Source of the DNA: the human T2T-CHM13v2.0 reference genome, Homo sapiens
NCBI RefSeq assembly: GCF_009914755.1
Contig: NC_060936.1
DNA: 64,000 nucleotides
Direction: 5' to 3' (one strand)
Under the pieces are notes generated by a model that saw only the letters and a list, made by a program, of their open reading frames with translations, ran no database searches and was not told where the DNA came from. Positions 1 through 14,765 of the stretch are shown here, piece after piece. The first letter of the stretch is position 1. Each line of letters begins with the position of its first letter. Both the position numbers and the translations under genes were made by a program.

Positions 1-184
1 AAAGACCTTCACCTTGGAATGGGGGCAAAAGGGAAGTCACTTCTAAGCCCCAAGGCCCAAGAAGCCGTTGTTTGAAGAGTAATTTAAGGATAGCTGAAGA
101 AGAATGAGAAATGATAAAGTTTGTCATTGGTTTCAACATTCCAGTCCACAGCTTCCCTTTACTGTGGAGACATATATCCCCAGC

Positions 185-256
185 TAAGGTTGGTGCAAAA
201 GTAATTGCTGTTTTAGCCATTAAAAGTAATGGCAATTACTTTTGCACCAACCTAAT
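185..256. mobile_element. MADE1 (Hsmar1-derived MITE)
   Basis: Perfect 22-bp inverted repeat AGGTTGGTGCAAAAGTAATTGC (187-208 / 232-253) matching the Hsmar1 TIR; short deletion in the right arm. Confidence 0.93.
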
Positions 257-744
257 ATATTAAGCATGTTTTCTAAATCTCAGCTGAGATTATTGGCTAG
301 AGTAAGGAAAAGATGGACCACTTTAAATCCAGACTTGGTCAAAAAGTTGGGAAGTATGGCAGCTACAGCTTATGTTCCATCTTGTCCAATACCTAGCACA
401 TACTAACAGCCAGTATGTATTTGTTGAATTAGAATGGAAGAAGGGATGAAATAGCATGCAAGAATGGATCCATCTAGAGGCTCTCCAGATCATTCATGCA
501 GTAACAGGATGCCACATGCAAAGAAAATCTTGGACAGGGTTGAAAGAACCAATGGGGCTTTTTGAATGACTCAGAGTAAGGATTCAGCAACAGTGAGCTC
601 CCATCTTTATTATCAATATTGTTATTTTTCAAAAAACTTTTAATGCCTATTAAAGACTACAAAAGTGAGACTTTTAATAATGTAAATATTTAATTTGCTC
701 TTGCCCAGTTTAATAAATAATGTAATAGTGTTTTTTTACCTTAA

Positions 745-1579
<835 letters not shown>

Positions 1580-1675
1580 ACACACATATGCATATACACA
1601 TATATACATATATATACATATATAGATGTGTGTGTGTGTGTGTATGCGTATATATATATATACATATATATATAT
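1580..1675. repeat. Compound (CA/TA/TG)n microsatellite
   Basis: Alternating purine-pyrimidine run read directly. Confidence 0.9.
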
Positions 1676-1877
1676 CCCATTCCATAAGCTACTCATGACA
1701 AGAAGCACCAAGCTGATAAGGGATGATGAATTGTCAAGTTCTGGCTTACAGCTATTCATGTTAATCCCAGGAATTTGGGGATGAGTCTTCATTCTCTTCT
1801 CTCTGGCTGTATTGTGAGGGCGGCCTAGAGTTAGATTTATCTGAGTGACTCAGAATGCTTGTTCTATGCTCCTAACA

Positions 1878-1940
1878 TGCTGTGTGACCTTGGACAAGCC
1901 ACATGAACCCTCAGGGCCTCAGTGTTCCAATCTGCAAGCT
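1878..1940 (+). mobile_element. MIR fragment
   Basis: TGCTGTGTGACCTTGGACAAG...CCTCAGT MIR core. Confidence 0.7.
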
Positions 1941-2959
1941 GTTAATCCTCTCAAATGTTTATTTTAGCCATAAACAACTGTCCAAATAATTAGACTCCTC
2001 AGCCCCTGATCCATTATCAGAATTTCGTGGAATTCCATGGGTCTTTCTCACTCTTAATGATGGAGACAAAGTGATTTCAGAGGTCCAGAAATGAGTTTTT
2101 GGCCAGGTACGTGCAGTAATAATAAAGGAATGGGACTCACACACAAAGGAAATGAGATTCCAAAGAAATGCCCCCATTCATGTAAGGGCAGCAGAAAAAG
2201 AGAAAGACTTTCCATACTGCTGAGGTTTAAACACTCAAGAACATTATACAGGCATCAGATATCTCGGGAAACGAGGGAGCTGGCGTCCCTTTAGGTTAAT
2301 ACACATATGGAAAATGTTAAATGGGGAGGTGAGGGAAGTGGGAGTGTACATGAGCTCAAGAGACACCTCGATTTGTTTCCGGGAAAGGAAGAAATTGGTG
2401 CATATGATGAACAAGCCAAAAGGCTGGATTAAACTAAGTCCCAACAGGGGAAATTGGCACAGAATGGATGGGCCAGAGTACATTTTTCTTTCTTTCCTGT
2501 GCGCGTGTTAGTGTGTGTGCGTGCACACACATACAACAGTATCATTATTGTTCCTTTTCTATTAGTAAAATTTATCTGCTCAAGATACTTGACCAACATA
2601 CCCTAGAAACTAAGGTGTTGTAAGTTCTAAATCTAATGCCACTGCTAGCTTACTGAATGACCTTTGGCAAAATCATAACTTCTATGGACCTCAGTTTCCC
2701 ATAATGGCATCTGGTAGTGGCCGCTTATGTAGGTCACAATGGATGGAGGGCAAGAAGATGGGATTCAGGATCCAAGATGTTTGTTGGAGGGGGCGTGAGT
2801 TAGCCAAGTTTCCATCTACACATCCCAAGGTTGCTCTAAAATTCATTCTGTTCTCTAAAAAGCTAGATGCAACCTGCACAGCTCTTTCCCCATGGTCTGT
2901 GGATGAGGATTGTTCCGAGTTGGGGATAAAGACAATGTCAGAATTCTATGGAACTTGTA

Positions 2960-3225
2960 AGAATCTTTTTTCCATGTAGAAGGTATAGATTAAATTTCAT
3001 CACAGCATTGCCCCTAATAACAAAATAAATGGAAACAACCTACACTGCAAACTAAAGGAAATTGTTAAAGAATATATCATGGACACTTGCACACTGAAAT
3101 ATGGAACAGCCATTAAAAATAAAGCTTTCTTCGATTTGGTGGCATGGGACAATGCTCAGATCCACAAGTGTCACAAGCAGGACTCAGAACTATACATATT
3201 GTTAGAATCTAAGTGTGCAATATAT
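2960..3225 (+). mobile_element. Old L1 (L1M-type) 3' fragment
   Basis: TTCATCACAGCATTG...GGAAACAACCTA...CAGCCATTAAAAAT L1 3'-end motifs. Confidence 0.6.
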
Positions 3226-3230
3226 GTGTA

Positions 3231-3548
3231 AAGGCCTGCAAATATTTAGGCACAGGTTCTTGTGAATTGGCTATGATCTATAGGCTTACTCTCTCTCTTG
3301 AATAGCCTAAGAGCTAAGAATCATCTTCTATCTTTTTAAATGATGGAGGGGGGAATCAAAAAAGAATGATATTTCATGACACCTGAAAATTACACAAAAT
3401 TGAAATTTTAGTGTTCAAAATCAAGTTTTATTGGAACATGGCCATGCATTATTAATGGCAAAGTTGAATCTTTACAACAGAGAGCAGATGGTTGTAAGGC
3501 AGAGAATATTTCTATCTGGCCCTCTACAGAAAATGTTTGCCAACGCAT
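3231..3548. mobile_element. MER58B-like hAT-Charlie element
   Basis: GAGCTAAGAAT...AAGTTTTATTGGAACA...CTATCTGGCCCTCTACAGAAAATGTTTGCCAAC. Confidence 0.8.
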
Positions 3549-3834
3549 GCACTAAAGGACAGCTAGGAAGGAAACATACCAAAGAGCTTACTGTGAAAAT
3601 GGTTAGATTGGATAGGTTTTTCATTTTATTCTTAAAAATTTCTTGTAATGTCTACCTTTGCTAACAATTAGATGACTTTTTTGCTAATCAAAACATGCCC
3701 ATTTACTACAAATTCTGCGCATTTGCAGGAAACAGTCTTCTGGAACTAGGATGAGCAGTGTGAGTTTCCAAAGGATGCCAATAAAACTATCGTCTTCCTC
3801 CAGAATTTATATTCACAGCCACAGGACTGCTATC

Positions 3835-4070
3835 GTTAACTGAGTGCCTACTATGTGCCAAAATTGTGCAAACTTTTTTTTTCTTTACCTCCGAGACCTC
3901 ATTCAAATTTCACACATATCCTGTGAGAAGACTGCCATTGTTACCTCACAACTGACTAAACCAAAGCTCAGAGACATAAAGGTACTTCTTCAAGAGTGCA
4001 CAAGGAAAGATTTGAAATCCTAGCACTGATTTTCCTGAACCCCACAGCCCGATTCGTAACCATGAATCCC
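3835..4070 (-). mobile_element. MIR
   Basis: TGAGTGCCTACTATGTGCCA...GCTCAGAGA...GATTTGAA antisense MIR. Confidence 0.7.
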
Positions 4071-4704
4071 TGCCTCACATACGGTGGAAAAAGGATGTGG
4101 AGGTTGCAAGCTTGATTCAGACCCTTCTTCCCTTAGACGGCAGGACAGGCAGCCATCGCGCAAGAGCTGAGTAGCCCTCCTGGTGCACTTGCCAGGGTGT
4201 ACACAAAAGGTGTGCCTCTGTTTGTCACAGCTATGTGAGCTGTTCTGTCATTTGTCCTTTAAAACTCTATTCTGTGATCATATTGCTTTTCCATGTAAGA
4301 TGGGAAAAAAGCTCCAGCCACAAATTGCAGGCAGTGAGCTGAGCTGCTGACCAGATGTGGCTGTCTTAGAGCACTTGACCTGCTGGCTCATAATAGTTAA
4401 CAGGGGCTCCCCTAGAAAAGCCTGTAGTTAATAACATCCCCTTCTTCAATCCCAGAGGCCTCTGCTTCCTCCAACTCCTATTTCTAATACCCCCAATGCA
4501 TGCCAAACACAGAAGAGCTGAAAAATAGAATGGGCAGATGCCCACACAAACACATGCCCATTTGGCATCTACATTGAGGGCAAAAGAAGTGAATCTGGAC
4601 ATGAACATCAGCAGGAGAGATATGAAGTAGAAGACAGAACAGATCACCAGAAGGTGGCTGAACATTATAATGAGAGATGGAGACAAATGCGAGGCATTCT
4701 TTAG

Positions 4705-5095
4705 AGAGGCAGTATCCAGTGAGGTTAACAGGCCCTGGCTATGTTAAAAGGGTGACTGAGTCGCCTATATTGCCTCTTGCCCCTCTAGACCCCAGAATTC
4801 ATCATTTCTCTTACCCAATTCCCATCCTCACCCTCACCCCATCCCCACCACAGCCAATAGTCCCAGGGATGTGTATCTAACATCAGATACACCTGGGGTA
4901 GTCCCAGCTCTGCCATTTACAAGTCCTGGGACCTTGGGTAAGTCCCTTAATCTCTCCAAATCTCAGTTTTCTCATGTAAAATGTTATTAATTGTCACTTC
5001 CTTGGGCTAGTATGAGAATTAAATCAGAAGAAAAAAATCAAGAAAAAAATTGAGCACAGTGTTTGGTACATGCTAAGCACTCAGTAAATAATAAC
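4705..5095 (+). mobile_element. MIR interrupted by a ~128-bp non-MIR insert (4746-4873)
   Basis: MIR 5' end GCAGTATCCAGTGAGGTTAACAGGCCCTGGCT; resumes at TCAGATACACCTGGG...CCCAGCTCTGCCATTTAC...CTCAGTTTTCTCAT...AAGCACTCAGTAAATA. Confidence 0.75.
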
Positions 5096-5598
5096 TATGT
5101 TATTATTATCATTTCTTGTCATTATTATTGTAGCAGTAAGCTCTTTTGTTTGGAGGTGTTTTTAATATCCAAGTTTCCTCCTGATTCAAGTGACAGGATG
5201 AAAGAGAAAAACTCTGGAAGCCTTTGAAATCATAGAGGAAGCACAGGGAAAGGTGGAGTCCATGTGGGCTTTTGTATCATCAACTCTGGCAATCTGAATC
5301 ATATCTCTGCACCAAGCAAGTCTCACTTTTCTGAGCCTCAGTTTCCCCATCTGCAAAACAGTGATTGTAATATCACCCTCATTAGGTTGTTGTAAATATT
5401 GTAAAACACAGAGTAAAATTAAAGCATCTTTACTCATCAGTTATTGCCTTGTGGCTCTGAGTAATGTGATTTGTAAAAAGGGTGACTGAGTCGACTGTAT
5501 TGCCTCTTGCCCCTCTAGACCCCAGAACACGTCACTTCTCTTATCCAGTTCCCGTCTTTACCCTCATGCCCACCATGGCCAATGGTCCCAGGGATGTG
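4746..5598 (+). repeat. Dispersed direct duplication, ~125 bp (4746-4873 and 5476-5598)
   Basis: Manual alignment: about 15 substitutions and one 5-nt indel. Confidence 0.95.
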
Positions 5599-5811
5599 AA
5601 GTTTCTTTCATGTTCCAGCCTGTCTTGTCTCTGAAAGGTCTGCATTGTGCTGTGAGCGGCTTGTGCTGGCTAGGTTTCCTTGCAACAGTTCCACGGCCCC
5701 AGTTCCTTTTGCTCACTGCAAAAGGAAGTGCCCGGGTGCCAATGAGAAACAGATTTCTCTCCTTTTGAAGCCTCCCAAGGTTGGAGACTACTGGGTTGAT
5801 CTGCCTTTTAT

Positions 5812-6125
5812 TTTTATTTTTATTTTTATTTTTTTGAGACAGGGTTTCACTCTTGTTGCTCAGGCTGGAGTGCAATGGCACGATCTCAGCTCACCACAAC
5901 CTCTGCCTCCCTGGTTCAAGCATTCAAGCTACTCTCCTGCCTCAGCCTCCCAAGTAGCTGGGATTACAGGCGCCCACCACCACACCTGGCTAATTTTGTA
6001 TTTTTAGTAGAGACAGGGTTTCTTCATATTGGTCAGGCTGGTCTTGAACTCCCAACCTCAGGTGATCTACCCGCCTCGGCCTCCCAAAGTGCTGGGATTA
6101 CAGGCGTGAACCACCGCGCCCTGGT
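5812..6125 (-). mobile_element. AluS (Sq/Sp-like)
   Basis: Antisense dimer with (TTTTTA)n tail; TSD TCTGCCTTTTAT at 5800-5811 and 6125-6136. Confidence 0.96.
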
Positions 6126-6142
6126 CTGCCTTTTATATTCTT

Positions 6143-7200
<1,058 letters not shown>

Positions 7201-7229
7201 AACAGAGATGCTCCTCAGAGACCACATAA

Positions 7230-7385
7230 GATCTGCCTTTATGTCTCCCCTGCCTAGTGTGGCAAAAAGTCAGGGCTCTGTAAATTATTGTTAAAAGGAA
7301 TGAATGAAGGTATCCAATCTGGCTCCTACCTTAACAACTAGTATTTAGTAGGTGCTCAGTAAACATACGTTGAACAAATGAGAAT
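7230..7385 (+). mobile_element. L2 3'-end fragments
   Basis: TAGTAGGTGCTCAGTAAACATACGTTGAA and GAATGAATGAA tails. Confidence 0.6.
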
Positions 7386-7594
7386 GCCTGTCCAAGTGCC
7401 TTGAAATGAATTGAGTGTACTCAGTAATAATCTGTCAAATGAACTCTAATATCTGCTTTTCAGTTTCCTTATTTCTTAAAGAAATAGATGGAAACTAAGG
7501 GTAGGTGACAGGCTATTTATCCAAACTCTATTGAAAGAACCAGACGTGTTGATCATGGGGTGTTTTCAGGTGGTAATAAACATTATTTGTTAAC

Positions 7595-7797
7595 AGCCGG
7601 TGAATAGATGTAATATTTTCATCTTTGCAGGCCATATGATCTCTGCTGTGACTCTTCAACTCTGCCCTTGTAGCATGAGAGCCCCTATAGACAACAGATA
7701 AATGAAAGGGCCTGGCTGTGTTTCGATAAAATTTTATTTACAAAAATAGACAGCAAGGCCAGACTTGGTCCATGGGCTATCATTGGCAGACTCCTGC
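7595..7797. mobile_element. MER58A (hAT-Charlie)
   Basis: CTTTGCAGGCCATATGATCTCTG...CAACTCTGCC...GGCTGTGTTTCGATAAAATTTTATTTACAAAAA. Confidence 0.85.
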
Positions 7798-7881
7798 TCT
7801 AGGCCACAAAAGCAGATCTGAACCTGGAACATGGCCATCTAGCTCTCAGATGCCAGCAGAAGGCCTGGATGTTTTGGCTTC

Positions 7882-8350
7882 TGTCTTAGGATCCTCTGAG
7901 AAGTAGACGCCAAAGCAGGGTTAGATGTGCAAGCAGTTAATTGAGGGAAGCGTCCATGAAGGATTAAGAAGAAAAAGGAGGAGTAGGCAGGGAGACCCTT
8001 CAGACCACAATGCAGGCCTGACACCTCTGAAAGGAGAAGGGGAAGGAAAGACTGGGAGGGAAGAGCCTTAGACCACTGTGCACTCCCAAGTCTTGAGCAG
8101 GCTAATGGGGAGACCTCAAGCTAACACCCTCTGTTAGAGGAGCCTGCAGCCTGCAGGCATGGCCTGAAATCATATCCTGTCCCCAGGCTTGGTCACTGGT
8201 TGCACACAGCTCAGGAGTAACATGATCTCAGCAAGAATGCAGTAGAGGGTCCAGACAGGCAACTACTCTGAGGTTTTCTGTCAACTCTGCTCCCCAAAGC
8301 AGGAAATCTGTGGGGCTCATTTCACCTACAACCTCTCCAAAGGTCACTAC
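7882..8350 (-). mobile_element. LTR16-family (ERVL) solo LTR
   Basis: GGATCCTCTGAGAAGTAGACGCCAA...TGCAAG...TCAGACCACAATGCAGGCCTGACACC. Confidence 0.7.
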
Positions 8351-9021
8351 TGGAGACATCATCAGAAAAGACATCCATAGGCAAGAGGACACATGGAAAA
8401 TACCAGCTGGTGTCTTCCCATTCAGCTGAGGACCAGGGGCTAAAATGCAGAAAGCCCTAGACATAGTTGGTGGCACTTGCAAAGTTCTCCAGAAGGTTAC
8501 ATTTACTACTGTTGTTCTAGGAACCTTAATGTAGTCTTGGGATATCCTAGTGCTGAGAAAGTCCATCCCCATTCTGCAAGACCCTGGAGGAGTGAGAGTC
8601 TATTGCTTTCCTGGGAGAGGCTTGATCCTCTAACTACCTAGATGGAGCAGGATTTCTCAGAGTGTGTCTGTGGAACCCCCATCCACAGAAAGGGGAGGCC
8701 GTGTATAATATGCTAAGCAAAATTACTCCACATTCAACTAAGTATGAGAATCATTTCTTTAAATAAAATTAAACAAATTCTTTGCAAATCTCCTCAGAGT
8801 CTTTGGTCCAAAATTCTGAGAGTTTTCCAAACTTATATTATCATGAAGTTTTTCGTTTCTTTTCTTTTCTTTTTAAATTCAGCAGCTCATAGATCTAACA
8901 CAGTGGAAAATCCAGTGTAAAAATTACAGGTCCAGAGCGAGTCTGTGGAAATCATCCTGATTGTCTCTTTGATGAGTTTACCATACTCTTAAGGAATATC
9001 CAGATAATAAGAATTACCACT

Positions 9022-9550
<529 letters not shown>

Positions 9551-10686
9551 TGCTACTTGTTAGGAATTTTATATATGTCATTTTTATACCCCTAAGAGCT
9601 CTTAGAAATTGGCTCAAAATGCTAAACAAAACCAAGTTAACATTTGTGACTTTGAAAGGGTTTTAGTGAAATTCAGGACCTGAGTTGAGGTGAGACGATT
9701 TCCTGGACAGACAATTAGAGGTCGTGAAACCACCAGAGTATGTGTTTGCGGCATGAATCCAGGTGGTGGCTTGACAATTTTCTCCTGGGCCCAGATGCAT
9801 CGGAAACTCTACAGGGAAACATGGAGAGGCCAGAGCCCGATCCACACTTGGTGACATTCCCCAGAATCTTTCCAAAGTGTCAAAGGATATTGGAACCATG
9901 CTAAGGAATGCAGTATCATTTTAAACATTGTGAAAATTGGTCACTTTGGAAACAATTTAGTTCTACTCTGTGTATTAAATCATTTCCCCATTTTATGAGT
10001 TATATAGAAAAATAATAATGAATTATTTCCCCCCAAGGTACCAGGAGAAATTGTGTTGCAATAATAGGTTATGATCTCTTGTACTATTTAATAGGTATTC
10101 AAGGTTGTTTTATTTTAATACACAAATAGAGAGATTTAGTGAAAAGGTGTGATGGGAAATACATGTTCCTGGATCATCGAGGTTTTTACATTGGGGTCCC
10201 TTCCACCTAACTCCTTATGAGAAATTACATCTCTGTTATAGGAGTATTTAGGAAACCAGGGTACCGGGTAAGTAAATTACCCTTTGGGCATGAGTTAAGT
10301 GTTTGGGAGAAGTTCACTGACTGCTGTGGGGTATTTCAGTGAATTACAGTCCCAGGGACCTGGTGATGGGTGGGGGGGGATGGTAAATCCTTCTTACAAT
10401 CAACTCTTGCTTTACTCTGTCCATTGAAAGAGCAGCAGCAGCAAGGATCCCATAGAATCTGAGATGACTCTAAAGTTGATTCTGGTTGACTCAGGAAAGT
10501 ACATTTCATACAGAGATATTTGGCTCTACACTGAATTTACTATATAAAATGGAAAGAAAGCACGAGAAAAGACAGAACAATGGAAACAATGGAAGGGAAG
10601 CAATATTGTGGAGTACCTACTATGTGTCAAGTACTGACAATTACAAACATGGTCATACACAAAACCTAATGTCCGCCCACATGGAG

Positions 10687-11284
10687 TGTGGCAGGCAAGA
10701 CATGCGAGTAATGTTCAAAGTGTTTGACAACTGCAGTTGATAGACTCCTAAGATTATCCCACTTATCCCAACCTCCTGGTATTCACAATATTGTATAAAC
10801 CTCTTCCCTTGAGTAAAATGTTCCAATAGAATACAACTTTGTTGAAGGGATGTCAGTTCCATGATTAGGTTACAATAAGTTGGGACTATAGTCACGCTGG
10901 CCAACTCTCAATGTGCACACCTTCTCAGTTTGCATTTTTTGATACAACAAGATGACAGTTGAAGAGGTCCATGTGGCCAGGAGCTGAAGATAGCCTCCAA
11001 CCAACAGCTGGTGAGGAAGTGAGACCCTCAGCCTTATAGCTCACAAGGAACTGGGTCTTCCCACCATCACATGGGCTTGAAAGCAGACCTTTCCCCAGTT
11101 GAGCCTTCAGATAAGACCCTGGCCTTGGATGACACCTTGATTGGAGCCTTGTGAGAAACCTTAAGATAGATCACTCAGATAAGCCCTGCCCAAATTCCTG
11201 ACCAACAGGAACTGAGATAATAAGTACATGTTGTTTTGAGTCACTAAATTAGGGGGGATTTGTTATGCAACAAGAGATAATGCA
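10687..11284 (+). mobile_element. MLT1E/F-type MaLR solo LTR
   Basis: TTCCCCAGTTGAGCCTTCAGAT...GACACCTTGATTG...GCCTTGTGAGA...ATTTGTTATGCAACAA. Confidence 0.85.
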
Positions 11285-11672
11285 AAAGTCAACATAGCGC
11301 TTTCTTTGGGGAGTCAAATCAGGCAGAGACACTCAAGAGCAACTGAAGTGTCAGGGATTAACCCAACAAATTGATGTGTCACTGTATGGTCTGGAAGTGA
11401 CAAGGGAGGTGCTGAGGTAGCCACTGGGTAGAGGAGGACACTTAGGGAGATCAAGGAAATAGTTGTCTACTAGATGATATGATAATATTTCAAAATTGTA
11501 ACAACTAGAATGGTCTCACCAGTACAAACTTATTATTCATATATGTATAAAATTTCTGCACCAAATCTGACTTTTGTCTGGGTATGGGGAGGTGGAAAAA
11601 GGAGGAAACAGGAGTTAAAGAAAAAAAAAAAAGCATGCTGCTAGTATGATGGATATTCTGAGTCGCAAATGT

Positions 11673-12110
11673 CCAGGGGTGCACTGGGGCCAGCTTGAAA
11701 GTCTCACAAGAGTCAATTATTCCATATTCAGGAAATATACAAGCCAGTTGTTTATCATCACCACTGGTAAAATTTAAATTATATATACTTACATTGCAAT
11801 AAAGTATATTAAAGACAAATGTAATAATTATTAGTCAAAATCAGCATTTTCTGATCATTTTATACACTTTTCTATTACAGTTATTTTCCTCTATTATATC
11901 TGCATAGTAGAAATACAGAGTAACACTGTGTTCCTGCACATCTCTCCCCAAATTTGTGTTCAGTGCTATTACATTGGTAGCTTGAAAGTGGTCACAGTGG
12001 TAGGGGTATTTACACCACAGAAATGGGCAGACACTATAAATCATGGTCTTTTTTTTTTTCACCTTTCTCAAGAGAGAACTAGTTGGTAAACATTTATCAA
12101 TATGCCACTG
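11673..12110 (+). mobile_element. MER63-type hAT-Blackjack element
   Basis: TTGGTAGCTTGAAA...GTATTTACACCACAGAAAT...AAACATTTATCAATATGCCACTG. Confidence 0.75.
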
Positions 12111-12119
12111 GCAATGGTA

Positions 12120-12320
12120 AACCAAAGTCACTTCTATACTCAAGGAAAAATCAGGGTAATGGAGAAGTAAGCAGTTAAGTACAGTACAGTGGCTGGTATT
12201 GTGAGATAACAAAACACATGGGAACATGGAGGCAGGGACCTAACCCAGGCAGGAAGAGTGAGGTCAGGGAAGGCTTCCTGGGGAGGAAGGATGAAAGTAA
12301 GAAGTGGGTGAGTGTGGGCC
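12120..12320 (-). mobile_element. L2 fragment
   Basis: GGACCTAACCCAG...GGTCAGGGAAGGCTTCCTGGGGAGG antisense L2. Confidence 0.65.
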
Positions 12321-12335
12321 AAAAGATCTCACTGG

Positions 12336-12485
12336 AGCCAGGTGTGGTGGAGTGCACCTGTAATCCCAGATACTCAGAAGGCTGAGGCGGGAGGATCACT
12401 TGAGCCCAGGAGGTTGAGGCTACCCTGGGCAACATAGCAAGAACACTGACTCCAAATAAGAAAAAAAAAAAAATAGAAAAAAAAA
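12336..12485 (+). mobile_element. FLAM-type Alu monomer
   Basis: Single monomer ending CTGGGCAACATAGCAAGA followed by an A tail. Confidence 0.85.
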
Positions 12486-12790
12486 GCCCAGCCAAAGTGG
12501 CTCACACCTGTAATCCCAGCACTTTGAGAGACTGAGGTGGGCAAATCACTTGAGCCCCAGATGTTCAAGACCAGCCTGGGCAACATGGCAAAACCTTATC
12601 TCTACAAAAAAAACACAAAATTAGCCAGGTGTGCTGGTATGCACCTGTATTCCCAGCTTCTCAGCTACTTGGGAGGCTGAGGTGGGAGGATTCCTCAGGC
12701 CCAGGAGGTTGAGGCTGCAGTGAGCTGTAAGCCCTGAACTATGATCATGCCTCTGCACTCCAGCCTGGATAACAGAGTGACATTCTGTCT

Positions 12791-12824
<34 letters not shown>
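12486..12824 (+). mobile_element. AluJ dimer directly after the FLAM tail
   Basis: AluJ-type GGAGGAT...GAGGTTGAGGCTGCAGTGAGCT; ~32-nt poly-A. Confidence 0.93.
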
Positions 12825-14004
12825 AAAAGATTTCATTGGAAAAAAATACTAACATGGAAGTCTGGAGTTGTGGATTCAGTTTTCATGTCTGCTGTGTAAC
12901 ACAGATAAGTCTGATAAGGAGATGAGTTGGGAGCAGGATACCATTTAAATTTTGTCCAGGTCTAAAGGCTGATGACTTGTATACTAAAATGAGTGTCAAC
13001 TCCCGAATATTTATAAGCCTTTGGCATGTGTAGAGAAGGATGGTTGTTTTGAGATATAAAGTAAACAAACTTGTAAACAATCACAAGGTCTCAAGAAATC
13101 ATATTTTCTCAGAAATTCTCACTTTTCCACTCACATACATGTATTACCTCCACTCCCAAGATCCAGTAAACTCATAACAGAAAACTTATGATTTTGTCTG
13201 TCTTTCATCCTGTCTTTGTAGCCCCATCAAGCTTAGTTGACCTTGAGTATATCATGCCTTAATGAGTACAGACTCAGCCATGCTTTGGCCATTTAAAAGC
13301 CTTTTCCTGTCCTCAAAGCTTGCACCTACACCAGGCAGAAGGCATGAAGAAGTCTGTCTGACCATTGGCTGCCTCCAATAACCTAGCAACACGTGAGTTG
13401 CTTCTAGTCATCAAGACCAATAGCCCGGCAACCAAGAAGTCCCAAGGTCACAAGGTATCCAAGCACAAGGACTTCGAATATTGTCATCTGGTGGGAAATG
13501 AAGGGAAACATTAGGAGGCAAAAGATGAAGGATCTGGAGAAGCAGAACCAGAATTCAAGCACAGAAAGAAATACCAGCTAGATGGAAATAAATTTTCCTC
13601 TTTGACCTCAAAACATCATCCCTGTTTTGGCTTTCCAGGGTAGATAACTGGTGGAATAGTTAATGCACTATTCTGGAGACTTTCAAGAAGCAGGAAAGAC
13701 TTTGAGACATTACAGTTAAGCAGTTTTTAGCATGATTTCAGAGCTGGAAGGCAGAAAGGAGCCAACATGCCTGGCTTAGACCAGACATGATTCAGGGATC
13801 CACCTTCTTGTGAAATGGGAGCTGAGGAGGGACTCGTCTTCTTGTGAGGTGCATGACTGACCAAGTAATTCATGGAAAACATCAGAGCTCTATTTCTAAG
13901 GCAGAAAAGACGGAATGGCTATTCAGTAGACAACCAAGATCCCTTTATATCTCCACCCTCTTAGTCTCCTCCTTTCTCAGATTTTGTTCCCTAACATTGA
14001 AAGC

Positions 14005-14200
14005 TTCGGTGCTAGGCATCATGCTAAGCACTTCAATACATTACCTTGTTTAATCTTCACATTAACATTACAGGTAAGTATCATTTTCATCCTTATTTAC
14101 TGATGAGGAAACTGTGGCTCATAATGGTGACACAGCTTTCCTAATACCTTAGGAAAACCACAGTTACAAAGTGGTAGAGTCAGGACTCTTGAAATCGACA
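14005..14200 (-). mobile_element. MIR
   Basis: TTTACTGATGAGGAAACTGTGGCTCA core. Confidence 0.75.
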
Positions 14201-14210
14201 AACTCTAGGG

Positions 14211-14765
14211 TTGTGCTGTCTAATACGGGAGCCACTAGGCACATGTGACTCTTTAATTTGGAACTACAGTACAGATGGTCTTTGTCTTACAATGGTTTAA
14301 GATTTGTTGACTTTACGATAATATGAAAGTGATATACATTCAGTAGAAACCATACTTTGAATACCAATCATTTTGTTTTTCACTTTTAGTGTCATATTCA
14401 ACAAATTCCATGAAATATTCAATGCTTTATTTTAAAATAGGCTTTGTGTTAGAATATTGCCCAACTGTAGGCTAATGTAAGTATTCTGAGCATGTTTAAA
14501 GTAGGTTAGGCTAAGCTATGCTGTTTGGTAGGTCAGGAGCATTAAATGCATTTTTGACTTATAGAATACTTTCAACTTATAATTATTTTATTGGGATATA
14601 ACTTCATTGTACACCAAGGACCACCTATACTTAAAATTTAAAATGCAATTCCCTAGTCCCACTGGCCACATTTCAAGTGCTCAAAGAGCAGTATTAGTCT
14701 GGTAGCAACCATATTGAAGGGTGCGGATACAGAACATTCAAATTATCATAGAAAGTTCTGGGACC
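14211..14765 (-). mobile_element. MER3 (hAT-Charlie) split by MER47A
   Basis: GCTGTCTAATACGGGAGCCACTAGGCACATGTG before, and GCCACATTTCAAGTGCTCAA...AGAAAGTTCT after, the insert. Confidence 0.8.
14272..14627 (+). mobile_element. MER47A-type TcMar-Tigger element
   Basis: TA|CAGATGGTC...CATTCAGTAGAAACC...CCCAACTGTAGGCTAATGTAAG...|TA. Confidence 0.85.
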
